A stretch of DNA of 64,000 nt, from the IMG/VR virus record IMGVR_UViG_3300037418_000840. One strand, 5' to 3'. Source of the DNA: a virus. Lineage: Duplodnaviria; Caudoviricetes. The translations under genes and the position numbers were made by a program. The notes beneath the pieces are model-generated. The model was not told where the DNA came from. It made no database searches and saw only the letters and a list, made by a program, of their open reading frames with translations. Each line of letters opens with the position of its first letter. Position 1 is the first letter of the stretch. Shown one piece after another: positions 53,818 to 61,996 of the stretch.

Positions 53818-54507
53818 TTAGACGTTCGGTCCCAATAGAGCCGAGCTCGCCTTCTTGAGCGCGCCACGAACAGCAACGATGCCGTTGGCCTTGATCGCGT
53901 CCTTGACCAACTTGGTGAGGGCCGTCAAGTCTTTCTTGGCTTGCTCAGCCTTGAGCTTGGCCTTAGTTGCCACGTCGGCAGCAGCCTTCAGCTTTGCCGT
54001 CGTCTCGAGATGGTATTCGAGCTCGTACTTGGTGATCAGACCAAGCTTCTCCAACGCACGGACTAACGTCTCGTTGCCCGCGTCATATGGCATGGCAGTA
54101 CGTGCTGTTCGCGGCACACGGATGCTCGGACCGTAGGCGAAGACGCGAGCCTTACGCAAATCGATCGAGCCCTGACCGAAGTTCGTGCCGAACACCTGAT
54201 GATCGACAACTGCGACACGCATTGACTTCACATACGACGCGTCTTCCGTGTCGAAGACCAGAATGAAGTTGACGATCATCCTTGTGGCCGTTCCCTTGGC
54301 CGTCGTAGGCTTGCGCATCACCACACAGGGACGGGTGTTCTCGATACCCTTGCGCGACGAGAGGCCGGGCTTCTGTGTTTGGATCGAGGGCTTGCGTTCG
54401 GCCACTTCGACCTTGGTTTCGACTTTAGTCTCGACCTTGGGTTGCGGCTTCTTAGCCGCCGGCTTGAACGCCGATTTGAGAAGCGTCGTCGGTACGGGTG
54501 TGGACAT
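53818..54507 (-). CDS. basic Lys/Ala-rich hypothetical protein
   Basis: Start MSTPVPTT (AGGAGG RBS); coiled C-terminus. Confidence 0.7.
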   Translation of the reverse strand: MSTPVPTTLLKSAFKPAAKKPQPKVETKVETKVEVAERKPSIQTQKPGLSSRKGIENTRPCVVMRKPTTAKGTATRMIVNFILVFDTEDASYVKSMRVAVVDHQVFGTNFGQGSIDLRKARVFAYGPSIRVPRTARTAMPYDAGNETLVRALEKLGLITKYELEYHLETTAKLKAAADVATKAKLKAEQAKKDLTALTKLVKDAIKANGIVAVRGALKKASSALLGPNV

Positions 54508-54515
54508 GAATCCTC

Positions 54516-54719
54516 CTAGTTGTTGTCCAGAATTCTGTAACTGACAATCTGCGTCTCCGGATGGTAGCCTGTATGTGCCCATCCGAAGGTTTGAGCAGGT
54601 CCTTTGTGGACTTGTCCGTTACGGAACACTACTTCGACGAGAGTCCGGTCGTCGATTCCGGAAGGGAACGGACTGTCGATCGACTGACAGCCGTCCCAGT
54701 TGGTGAACAGATCATCCAT
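54516..54719 (-). CDS. small hypothetical protein
   Basis: Probable start MDDLF; VEVVFRNG...W.H...IVSYR. Confidence 0.55.
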   Translation of the reverse strand: MDDLFTNWDGCQSIDSPFPSGIDDRTLVEVVFRNGQVHKGPAQTFGWAHTGYHPETQIVSYRILDNN

Positions 54720-54993
54720 CGTTTCGAACGGAGAAAAAGATCTGGGTGTCAAACGGTATCGCCGCACCCAACGAACACTTGGAACCTAGTTTGGACATCA
54801 GTTCCCACAGCTGGACGTGCCAGTAACCTTCTTCATCGAGCACGAAAGCAGGAACATTGGGGAGGATGACGCCCTTCCTACGAACTCGCGCTAGGTTAGC
54901 CGCGTGCTGCTCGTTTAGAAAGGTGCGGCCCTCCTCGGTGAGTTTGACCTTCACCGTCTCGTTCACGTTGAACGGCAGCCAGATCTTCTCCAT
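54712..54993 (-). CDS. hypothetical protein
   Basis: FNVNETVKVKLTEEG...QLWELM..LG. Confidence 0.7.
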   Translation of the reverse strand: MEKIWLPFNVNETVKVKLTEEGRTFLNEQHAANLARVRRKGVILPNVPAFVLDEEGYWHVQLWELMSKLGSKCSLGAAIPFDTQIFFSVRNDG

Positions 54994-54995
54994 AG

Positions 54996-56132
54996 TTACC
55001 TCGCAGGGATCACAAGTCGCTGACCAACAAGGATCAGGTTCGGGTTCGGCAAGTTGTTGCGCTGCTGGATGTCGCGATAACGCTGACCCGATCCTAGCTG
55101 CGAAGCGGCGACGCTATTCAGCGTATCGCCCTGCCGCACCGTGTACGTGTGCTCGCCAGACGACGCGGCTGTGGTCACCACCTGATTGCTGATGAAATAC
55201 TTGCGCAGCAAATCCAGATAGGCCGGGCTGTTCTTCACCTTGGCGATTGCCGAGTTCAAATAGATGAGCAACGACTGGTCACTGGCACGGACACCAATCT
55301 TGTACGAGATGGACGAGCCATCCAGCTTGGTAATCGCGAATCGCAGATCAGAGCCCTCGATCGACTTGACCGCAAATGGATAGTCGTAGATGAAGCAGTC
55401 CACCGTGTGGTTGTCCACTGCCTTGGCGATAAACTGATCGTCAGCATCGGACACCTGGACAAACGTAGTGGTCGGAAACTTACGGGCGACATAAGCCTTG
55501 ACATCGGGATCGCCTTGCAGGATGCCACAAGTACGGCCCTGAAGGTCAGCCGCCGAATGAATCGGTGATCCTTGCTGGACGATCAGAGCGTAGCCGAAGT
55601 CGTCGATGTAGGGCACACTGTAGACGACGCCGGCCGGCACGTTATCCGCAAACGTAAGGCCGTCCATCGCCACGTCAACCGTATGACCTGTCCCGTCGTT
55701 GACCAATAGCTGACGTGGGACATCAGCATAGGTGCTGACTTCGTGATGCGTGTCGATTGTCACTGCCCCGTTCTTTGCGAATTCAGGCTGGGCGAACAGT
55801 AGGTGTGCGAACTCGACGTTGAAACCGTGGGGCACGCCGTTGGCTTCGCCGTAGAATGGCTCGCTCGGATTCTCCACAGAGATGCGAACCACGCGGTTCT
55901 GCAAGATGGACTGCAAACCATCGGCTACCGGCTGGACCTGAGGTATCGCCTGTGGACTTGCTGTCGCCGGCTGTGTCGCGGTCATCGATTGGGGTCCCTG
56001 CATTGTCGCAGCGGCCACGACTTGATCGTGCTGAGTCGCAGCGTAGTGCTTATATCCGTAAAGTCCCCCGATGGCGGCCCCGGCAACAACCATGAGACCG
56101 ACAAACTTCTTGAATCGCTTCGTGAACGACAT
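54996..56132 (-). CDS. membrane-anchored family-3 periplasmic substrate-binding domain fused to LysM
   Basis: N-terminal TM; PF...GF.VEFA; YS.PY; LLIYLNSAIAKVK; C-terminal YTVRQGDTL...NNLPNPNLILVGQRLVIP. Confidence 0.85.
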   Translation of the reverse strand: MSFTKRFKKFVGLMVVAGAAIGGLYGYKHYAATQHDQVVAAATMQGPQSMTATQPATASPQAIPQVQPVADGLQSILQNRVVRISVENPSEPFYGEANGVPHGFNVEFAHLLFAQPEFAKNGAVTIDTHHEVSTYADVPRQLLVNDGTGHTVDVAMDGLTFADNVPAGVVYSVPYIDDFGYALIVQQGSPIHSAADLQGRTCGILQGDPDVKAYVARKFPTTTFVQVSDADDQFIAKAVDNHTVDCFIYDYPFAVKSIEGSDLRFAITKLDGSSISYKIGVRASDQSLLIYLNSAIAKVKNSPAYLDLLRKYFISNQVVTTAASSGEHTYTVRQGDTLNSVAASQLGSGQRYRDIQQRNNLPNPNLILVGQRLVIPAR

Positions 56133-56143
56133 GATCGCTCCTG

Positions 56144-57121
56144 TTATTTTCTGATCAGATAATTGACGTCGGTGGCCGTGGTCGAAACCTTGGCCGGAAT
56201 CTTCGGTGCGACTTGCACCACGCTGAGATCACGCGTGTTCAGGTCTTCGAGTAGACGCATGCCCTTCTCGGTGTACACTGCGTTCTGTAGATCGACGCTG
56301 TCGATGAACTTCTGACTGTCAGTCATGAAGGACTCGATCTCACCAATCTTGGCAGCGTAGTCTTGGGCCAAGAAAGCAAAAGCATCGGCCTGCAACAGAT
56401 CGCTTGCGTCACTACCCTTGAAGGCCGCGCGTACCGTCTGCCATGCGTTAGACGCCGCAGTAGCAGCACGGTACTCTTCTTCGGACACATTGATCTCGAA
56501 ATCGATGTTGCTGTGGATAGTCTCCAGCGCCTTTTGGGCCTTGCACAACTGCTCGTAGAACGTGCTGACCATAGTGTACGATTTGGTCGTACGATTGATG
56601 GCTTCTTCGAGACGACCGATCTTCATCGCTTCGTTGGCGACATCCTCTTGGGTGCGGCCGTGTCTGACCATCACGTTGATGCCTGCCTGAATGTCAGCCA
56701 TCTGACGCTTGAACTTCTCGATCGAGGCATTCAACACGGAGACAGATCGTTTGACATCGAGCCGGCTCTTGTCCACGGTCTTGACGCGGGTCGCCGCTAC
56801 CTCCTGCGTCTCACGCAAGACACCGACCGGATCGTACTTGATGATCTGGTAGGTCAGTGCGCGCATCAGCAACTTGTAGATGAGCCACGCCCGATTGCGA
56901 AACGTGTTGTCAAGGACAAACACCCACAGAAGGAGGGCTGTCAATATGATGAAGCCCACGGCATAGAACGTGTTCTCGGCCAGATTGGCGATATAGGGCA
57001 TGAGTTTGTACGCCCCGTAGCCGATACCGCCAAGGATACCAAAGCCCACGATCATGCCAGTCGTTCCTTCCTTCGTGTCCCAGAAGGATTGGATCTTCCG
57101 CTTAACGAGCTCATTGGGCAT
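56144..57121 (-). CDS. 2-TM membrane protein with a long coiled coil (PspA/IM30-like architecture)
   Basis: Start MPNELVKRK; two TMs followed by about 200 aa of heptad-rich helix. Confidence 0.65.
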   Translation of the reverse strand: MPNELVKRKIQSFWDTKEGTTGMIVGFGILGGIGYGAYKLMPYIANLAENTFYAVGFIILTALLLWVFVLDNTFRNRAWLIYKLLMRALTYQIIKYDPVGVLRETQEVAATRVKTVDKSRLDVKRSVSVLNASIEKFKRQMADIQAGINVMVRHGRTQEDVANEAMKIGRLEEAINRTTKSYTMVSTFYEQLCKAQKALETIHSNIDFEINVSEEEYRAATAASNAWQTVRAAFKGSDASDLLQADAFAFLAQDYAAKIGEIESFMTDSQKFIDSVDLQNAVYTEKGMRLLEDLNTRDLSVVQVAPKIPAKVSTTATDVNYLIRK

Positions 57122-57788
57122 TGCTGCCTCCCAGATGCTTTTGAACCAGTCCTGCGATGTTGGTGTAACGAGCTTCCAGGCTTTCGATGATGCCCGCAAA
57201 GTCGATAGCCGCCTTCTTGGCACTGATGGTCTTCAAACGGCTTTCTTCGAGAAGCGCGTCCTTGCGTTTGGACAGTTCACCAAGCTGACGCGTCAGCTCA
57301 TCCGCCTGCTGTTGAAGCTTCTCCACCTCGACGCCGATCGCCTGAACTTCCTCTTCAGCAGCGTGAACGACTGTCTGCTGGAACTTGTCGTTCTCGCGCT
57401 GGAGCACCGACTTGTGGACCGCCAGGGCATCGACCAAGTCCTTGCTCGATACGCTGCCCGACGCGGCCTGTGCGGCTTTGAACCGCATACCTTCTTCCGG
57501 GATCACGGTCTTCATGCTGTCGAGCGTGGTCTCGAAGGCGGCAAACGGGGCAAACTCGGGTGCGGCTCGAATCATGTCGTCGAGAGCCTTGGTCACCGAC
57601 AGCACGTCGAGCGCCATCTCTGGCGAATTATCCGGCGACACGAGTGGCGGCGCGCTGTCGCCTGCCGTTGCGGCTACCGCAGCAACTGACGACACGGGTT
57701 TCCGTGTGGACGAGGCTTGTTGCTGCTCGTCTTTGTCCTCTTCGAGGATGCCCAAGGTTTGGCCTAAGCCTTTGATTTTGCTGAACAT
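57111..57788 (-). CDS. coiled-coil protein, first gene of the SBP-LysM module
   Basis: Overlaps the downstream start; C-terminal heptads. Confidence 0.7.
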   Translation of the reverse strand: MFSKIKGLGQTLGILEEDKDEQQQASSTRKPVSSVAAVAATAGDSAPPLVSPDNSPEMALDVLSVTKALDDMIRAAPEFAPFAAFETTLDSMKTVIPEEGMRFKAAQAASGSVSSKDLVDALAVHKSVLQRENDKFQQTVVHAAEEEVQAIGVEVEKLQQQADELTRQLGELSKRKDALLEESRLKTISAKKAAIDFAGIIESLEARYTNIAGLVQKHLGGSNAQ

Positions 57789-57821
57789 AGATCGTCCTTC
57801 GCGCTTAAGAGAAGCGAAGTT

Positions 57822-57857
57822 GAAAAGAAAGGGGCCATCACCTAATGGTGTGGCCCC
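57822..57857 (-). terminator. intrinsic terminator directly downstream of an AGTAAATA motif
   Basis: GGGGCCA/TGGCCCC stem followed by TTTCTTTT. Confidence 0.75.
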
Positions 57858-57860
57858 GAC

Positions 57861-57868
57861 TATTTACT
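57861..57868 (-). promoter_or_regulatory. AGTAAATA promoter-like motif
   Basis: 3 nt from the terminator stem. Confidence 0.55.
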
Positions 57869-57884
57869 ACGTGAGATGTTTCGC

Positions 57885-58439
57885 CTACGACCAATCGCTA
57901 GACGAACAGGAATTGCCGTAGTCGATGGACGAACTCGAATCGAAAGACGATGAGCTCGAGCTGAAATCTGGAGTCGACGACGAACCACAGTCCAAGGTCG
58001 GCGGACTTGATTCGGGAGTCGGCGCGGACTCGTAGGAACTCGAGGCCGAACTCGCTGAGAAGAGTTCGTTCGACGGGTTCAGTGGGCTAATAGGACTCGT
58101 AAGTCCCATCGGATTCAGCGGGTTCGTCAGATCGTTGGCCCACAGACGACGACGCCGCTCTTCCTCTTCTTCCTGGAAGAGGCGAGTGGTCCGCGACTGC
58201 TCATTGTAGGCGGCAAGTGCTGACCTTCCAACGCCGACGGGATTGGGTTTCATTTCACTACCACGGCGCGCGCCGCCCGGCCTCAGATTATCAGAATCGA
58301 GTAACATGGAAACCGTTGATCCCGATGATCGAGTCACTGTCGGAGCTTCCGTCTTATACGGAGCACCTTCTGTTGACTTGGCTCCCGCCTGCCGTGTACG
58401 ACGACCACGACCAAACAGACTTGCAATGAACTTAAACAT
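57885..58439 (-). CDS. hypothetical protein with a Ser-rich low-complexity tail
   Basis: Start MFKFIASLF (GGAGG RBS); SSSS-rich end. Confidence 0.7.
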   Translation of the reverse strand: MFKFIASLFGRGRRTRQAGAKSTEGAPYKTEAPTVTRSSGSTVSMLLDSDNLRPGGARRGSEMKPNPVGVGRSALAAYNEQSRTTRLFQEEEEERRRRLWANDLTNPLNPMGLTSPISPLNPSNELFSASSASSSYESAPTPESSPPTLDCGSSSTPDFSSSSSSFDSSSSIDYGNSCSSSDWS

Positions 58440-58665
58440 TTTGGTCCTCCCAATCAAGAGCATCATACTTGCCAGTCAGCACGGAGAAAGCCAATTTCAC
58501 TCGGGTAATTAGATTACCGATGAGTCCCTTGTCATAGGCAAGACCACGAGCCGGAATCCATTCACGAGACTCAACTCGACCAGTTGGACTTCTCGTTATC
58601 TTTTCCGTTTTACTCGAAGCCCACCGGGCTCCGTACCGGGCTTTGTATAGACTTGGAATGCTCAT
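58432..58665 (-). CDS. small hypothetical protein
   Basis: Probable start MSIPSLY; WIPARGL...RVKLAFSVLTGKYDALDW. Confidence 0.6.
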   Translation of the reverse strand: MSIPSLYKARYGARWASSKTEKITRSPTGRVESREWIPARGLAYDKGLIGNLITRVKLAFSVLTGKYDALDWEDQNV

Positions 58666-58666
58666 G

Positions 58667-59014
58667 CTAGTCCTCGAAGTGAGTCTTGTGATAGTTGACG
58701 CAGAAGGTGATACCCTTCTCGAACGTAATCTCTTCACGATCGCGAGGTATATCGACGTGACAGCTGTTCTGTACCGGACCGATGGCCAGACGATTCTCGA
58801 TTAGATTAATCGAGTATCGGGCTGGTATCCATACCATGATCATCCGGAAACGATAGAAACTATGGACGTGGGCGTCCTTGCCAAATACTTCTACGTCCAC
58901 ATAGTAGTCACGGACTTCACTCTGAGCTGGCCGCGTCACCTTCCCTTTGACCGTGTAGCCAAGGACTTCGCATTCAAAGGGACGGACATCATCAGATGTA
59001 GGCATGCGGGCCAC
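58667..59014 (-). CDS. hypothetical protein
   Basis: Tiling. Confidence 0.6.
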   Translation of the reverse strand: MARMPTSDDVRPFECEVLGYTVKGKVTRPAQSEVRDYYVDVEVFGKDAHVHSFYRFRMIMVWIPARYSINLIENRLAIGPVQNSCHVDIPRDREEITFEKGITFCVNYHKTHFED

Positions 59015-59017
59015 CCT

Positions 59018-59650
59018 CTATGAAAGACCACGATTGAGCTTGGCGGCCTTGCGCTGACGTTTGGCCTCAGCACGATCGCGGCGTTCACGTTCGGCATCCG
59101 AAGTCTTAAATGCTTCCTTGGCTTCTTCAGGAGTCAACGTGCGTGGCTCCAACGCAGCGAACGGATTGAGCGGGTCGAAGGATCCAAACGGGCCACCTGC
59201 TATACCTAACGATGCGGCCAGCATAGCTGTGACCAGTTGGCTGACATGAGGCTTCGCCGGCACGTATTGGTCATCGCTCTCGACAGGATCAGGCCCGTTG
59301 ACTTCATCGATGATTTCCACCCCTTGGTCCTCCAGTATTTTGCGGCTCATTGTGGTCTTCCCACTACGAAGTCCCTGGCTGCTTAGGACAAACATTTTGT
59401 TCGGCGTCGTGGCCTTGGCAGCGGCCTGCCGTCGAGCCTCAGCGTTCAGCGCGCGCAATGTTTGTTCATCGTCCTGGATAGCCGCACAGGAATCGATGAC
59501 AATCTTGGGCGCAGACGAATCGAATGCGGCGGCCACCCAGCGATCAGGGTTGATGTCGACCATCAAGCGTCCAGTGGGGCTCTGCTCCATCAGCAACTTC
59601 ACTGCTTCCTGATGGGGAAGCAATGGAAATCCATACTTCTCTTCGGCCAT
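59018..59650 (-). CDS. hypothetical protein
   Basis: GAGGA RBS. Confidence 0.65.
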   Translation of the reverse strand: MAEEKYGFPLLPHQEAVKLLMEQSPTGRLMVDINPDRWVAAAFDSSAPKIVIDSCAAIQDDEQTLRALNAEARRQAAAKATTPNKMFVLSSQGLRSGKTTMSRKILEDQGVEIIDEVNGPDPVESDDQYVPAKPHVSQLVTAMLAASLGIAGGPFGSFDPLNPFAALEPRTLTPEEAKEAFKTSDAERERRDRAEAKRQRKAAKLNRGLS

Positions 59651-59659
59651 GATCGTTCC

Positions 59660-60139
59660 TCAGAGGAGTTGAATTGTAGGCATTTCGCCGACCAGTACCG
59701 GATTCTTGTCCGATGAACTGTAGCGGGCGACGCGAGCACGTAGCTGAGCCGCTGAATCGGCGGCCAACAGATAGGTACAAGACAAGCCACAATGGACCTG
59801 GACCCGCCATCCATAGAGAGCTTGCGCTTGGTTGTATAGAATCAGCACGCGGGAGTAATCGGGATTAGAATGCTGAACCCATTCCAGATGTTCCTCGAAC
59901 TCCGCGTTGTTGGTTGGTATCCGTATACAGAGATCGTCACGATTGGTACGATCGAGCTCGTCACGGATCCGTGTACGAATGTCTTTGGCTTCTGCCAAAT
60001 CAGCAGCCAGAACAACGTGTGGCATCTTGTGGTGAGTGACCACAAAGTTGACAACCAGCATCTGAAGCTGAACACTCCGAAGATGCAGACGCATTGGTAG
60101 TGGCGTCTCCTCAGTCATAACCGAAACAGTGTCGCTCAT
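59660..60139 (-). CDS. hypothetical protein
   Basis: GAGG RBS. Confidence 0.6.
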   Translation of the reverse strand: MSDTVSVMTEETPLPMRLHLRSVQLQMLVVNFVVTHHKMPHVVLAADLAEAKDIRTRIRDELDRTNRDDLCIRIPTNNAEFEEHLEWVQHSNPDYSRVLILYNQAQALYGWRVQVHCGLSCTYLLAADSAAQLRARVARYSSSDKNPVLVGEMPTIQLL

Positions 60140-60166
60140 TACAGACCTCTCAAGAAGATTTAGAGT

Positions 60167-60520
60167 TCAAAGAACGACGTCCGAGCCGCCGGGCACATGC
60201 TGGCGCAGCGCTTCAAGTGCTGTCTCAAAGAGACGCTCCGGACTACTTTCTTTGTGAATGAAGATCTCGAGCGAGGCGAGGCGGACCCGATCTTCGTCGA
60301 AGACCGACAGGAGACGCGTATGCCATTCGCCTTTCTCGAAGAACATGGTGAACTTGTACTTCGTATCATGGAGCGTGGCCTTCACGGTATAGCGCACGCC
60401 TTGAAACGTCAAGCTATCGGGACTATAGACACCAGCGAGATACTGCGTGACTGTCCCCCTTACTTCTTCGCCAAAGATCTCACAGCAGAACTCACGAACT
60501 TCAGGTTTTTGGATATTCAT
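60167..60520 (-). CDS. hypothetical protein
   Basis: N-terminus resembles that of 58667-59014 (F.CE..G..V.G.VT), possible paralog. Confidence 0.65.
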   Translation of the reverse strand: MNIQKPEVREFCCEIFGEEVRGTVTQYLAGVYSPDSLTFQGVRYTVKATLHDTKYKFTMFFEKGEWHTRLLSVFDEDRVRLASLEIFIHKESSPERLFETALEALRQHVPGGSDVVL

Positions 60521-60575
60521 TTTGACTCTCCCTTGAAAGGGACCGGATACGTGTCTGTACCCGGCGCGCCTCCGG

Positions 60576-60788
60576 TTACAGGCCGAGTTGTTGTTCGATG
60601 AGCGCTCGTGCGTCGGGTGTCAGCTGCGACAAAGCGACGAGCTTGTCAAGGCCAGCCTTGACATCAGCTACGTAGATCAGCGGTCCGTCATCCTTTTCAA
60701 CTGTAGAATTCTGGATCGGATCACCGTCTACGTCGACTCCGAAATTTCGGAGCTTATGGCGTTTGATCTTCAACGACGTTGTGTTCAC
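60576..60788 (-). CDS. small hypothetical protein
   Basis: GTGA-type overlap with the upstream stop. Confidence 0.55.
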   Translation of the reverse strand: MNTTSLKIKRHKLRNFGVDVDGDPIQNSTVEKDDGPLIYVADVKAGLDKLVALSQLTPDARALIEQQLGL

Positions 60789-61231
60789 TGCTCGGCCTCG
60801 GTGTTGACGTTGATCACGTCACCTTCATCATGGTCGCCTGCTTCACTGTCGGTCGGAAACGGCCAGCCGGCGACCGCCACATTTTCGACCTTGTCACCTT
60901 CGGTGGCGTTCGGGGTCGGTGCGGCCTCGGCCTCGACTTTGGGCGTAGTTGCCGCCGTGACTAGCGTCTGTACTTCGCTCGGCGACAAATAGAGTTCGAT
61001 GCTGAGGCCGCGTACACCCAAGAACTTGCCGAGATCGTGCACCGCTCGCTGCAGGATTGCGAACTGGACTTCCGTGCGATCCGCGTTGCGATCGGGAATC
61101 AATTCGTTCAGTTCGTTGGCTGCGTTTTTGATCTCGGTCATCGACGAGGCGTAATCGATGTCGCCCAGCACTTGCTTTTCGGCCGTGGACAACGGATTGA
61201 CTTCGAACAGACGCTTTGCGCTATGGACCAT
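60785..61231 (-). CDS. acidic hypothetical protein
   Basis: GGAG RBS. Confidence 0.7.
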   Translation of the reverse strand: MVHSAKRLFEVNPLSTAEKQVLGDIDYASSMTEIKNAANELNELIPDRNADRTEVQFAILQRAVHDLGKFLGVRGLSIELYLSPSEVQTLVTAATTPKVEAEAAPTPNATEGDKVENVAVAGWPFPTDSEAGDHDEGDVINVNTEAEQ

Positions 61232-61273
61232 AGAATCTCCGTAGGTTGGTCGATTTGTTGTTGAATGCGGTCA

Positions 61274-61303
61274 AGGGGTGGCCTAGGCCACCCCTCATTT
61301 ACT
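61274..61303 (-). promoter_or_regulatory. AGTAAATG motif abutting a perfect 22-bp palindrome
   Basis: AGGGGTGGCCTAGGCCACCCCT at 61274-61295; motif at 61296-61303. Confidence 0.6.
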
Positions 61304-61323
61304 GCGCGAGAACAGGCGACTGG

Positions 61324-61656
61324 TTAGTCTTCCTCGTCCTCATCTTCTTCGTCGGTGTCCTCGTCTTCGTCACGCGCTGCGGTTTCCGTATGGAGGACTT
61401 CATCCACCGGCTCGTAGCGCATGAGCGCAGGCCACAGCATGTCGCCGCCGGAGCAGTCAGGATCGAACAGCATGTAGCCGGGTCCCGGCTTGTTTTCCTC
61501 GACGATCGATTCAGCTTTGATCGATGCCTCGGATACGATGGACGGTTCGGAACCTGTTGCCCACTCGCCTTCGATGCGAGTCCCGTCGTCTAACACAACG
61601 ACAAGACGGAATTCGTTGTCACCAAATCGCTCACGGTCTTCTTTGATGAACTTCAT
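61324..61656 (-). CDS. acidic hypothetical protein
   Basis: Start MKFIKEDR (GAGG RBS). Confidence 0.65.
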   Translation of the reverse strand: MKFIKEDRERFGDNEFRLVVVLDDGTRIEGEWATGSEPSIVSEASIKAESIVEENKPGPGYMLFDPDCSGGDMLWPALMRYEPVDEVLHTETAARDEDEDTDEEDEDEED

Positions 61657-61667
61657 AGACACCTCTC

Positions 61668-61976
61668 TCAATAGGTAGGGAACTTCCAGCGAACCGGCCA
61701 CGTAGGCCGTAGCTGTTTGAATTGCTCAGGGGTCAGGGGCTTGCCAGCGATACCAGTGTCAATCCAACTACGAATCCGCGATTCCATGGACGCACGGTAT
61801 GCGGACTGGTGATGCTTGGCTTTCAATACTTCAAAGACAGTAATCGCTTCGTCTGTCGTACAACTACGCATGACCCTCAGATACTGGTCAAGTGACAAAC
61901 CGAACCGAGCAGCGAACTCGGCTTGGCGCTCTCGCAGAGCGCGTAACGACTGCTCTTCAGTAACGACTGCTGACAT
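61668..61976 (-). CDS. hypothetical protein
   Basis: Probable start MSAVVTEE. Confidence 0.65.
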   Translation of the reverse strand: MSAVVTEEQSLRALRERQAEFAARFGLSLDQYLRVMRSCTTDEAITVFEVLKAKHHQSAYRASMESRIRSWIDTGIAGKPLTPEQFKQLRPTWPVRWKFPTY

Positions 61977-61996
61977 AGCAAGCCCCCGATGTTGAC

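Noticed and set aside
57885-58439. Ser-rich and D/E-rich tracts (also in the helicase and 37555-38784) as DNA repeats
   Set aside because: Low-complexity protein segments with mixed codons, not nucleotide repeats
59018-59650. GLRSGKTT as a P-loop NTPase
   Set aside because: An isolated Walker-A-like string with no following Walker B strand or sufficient domain length
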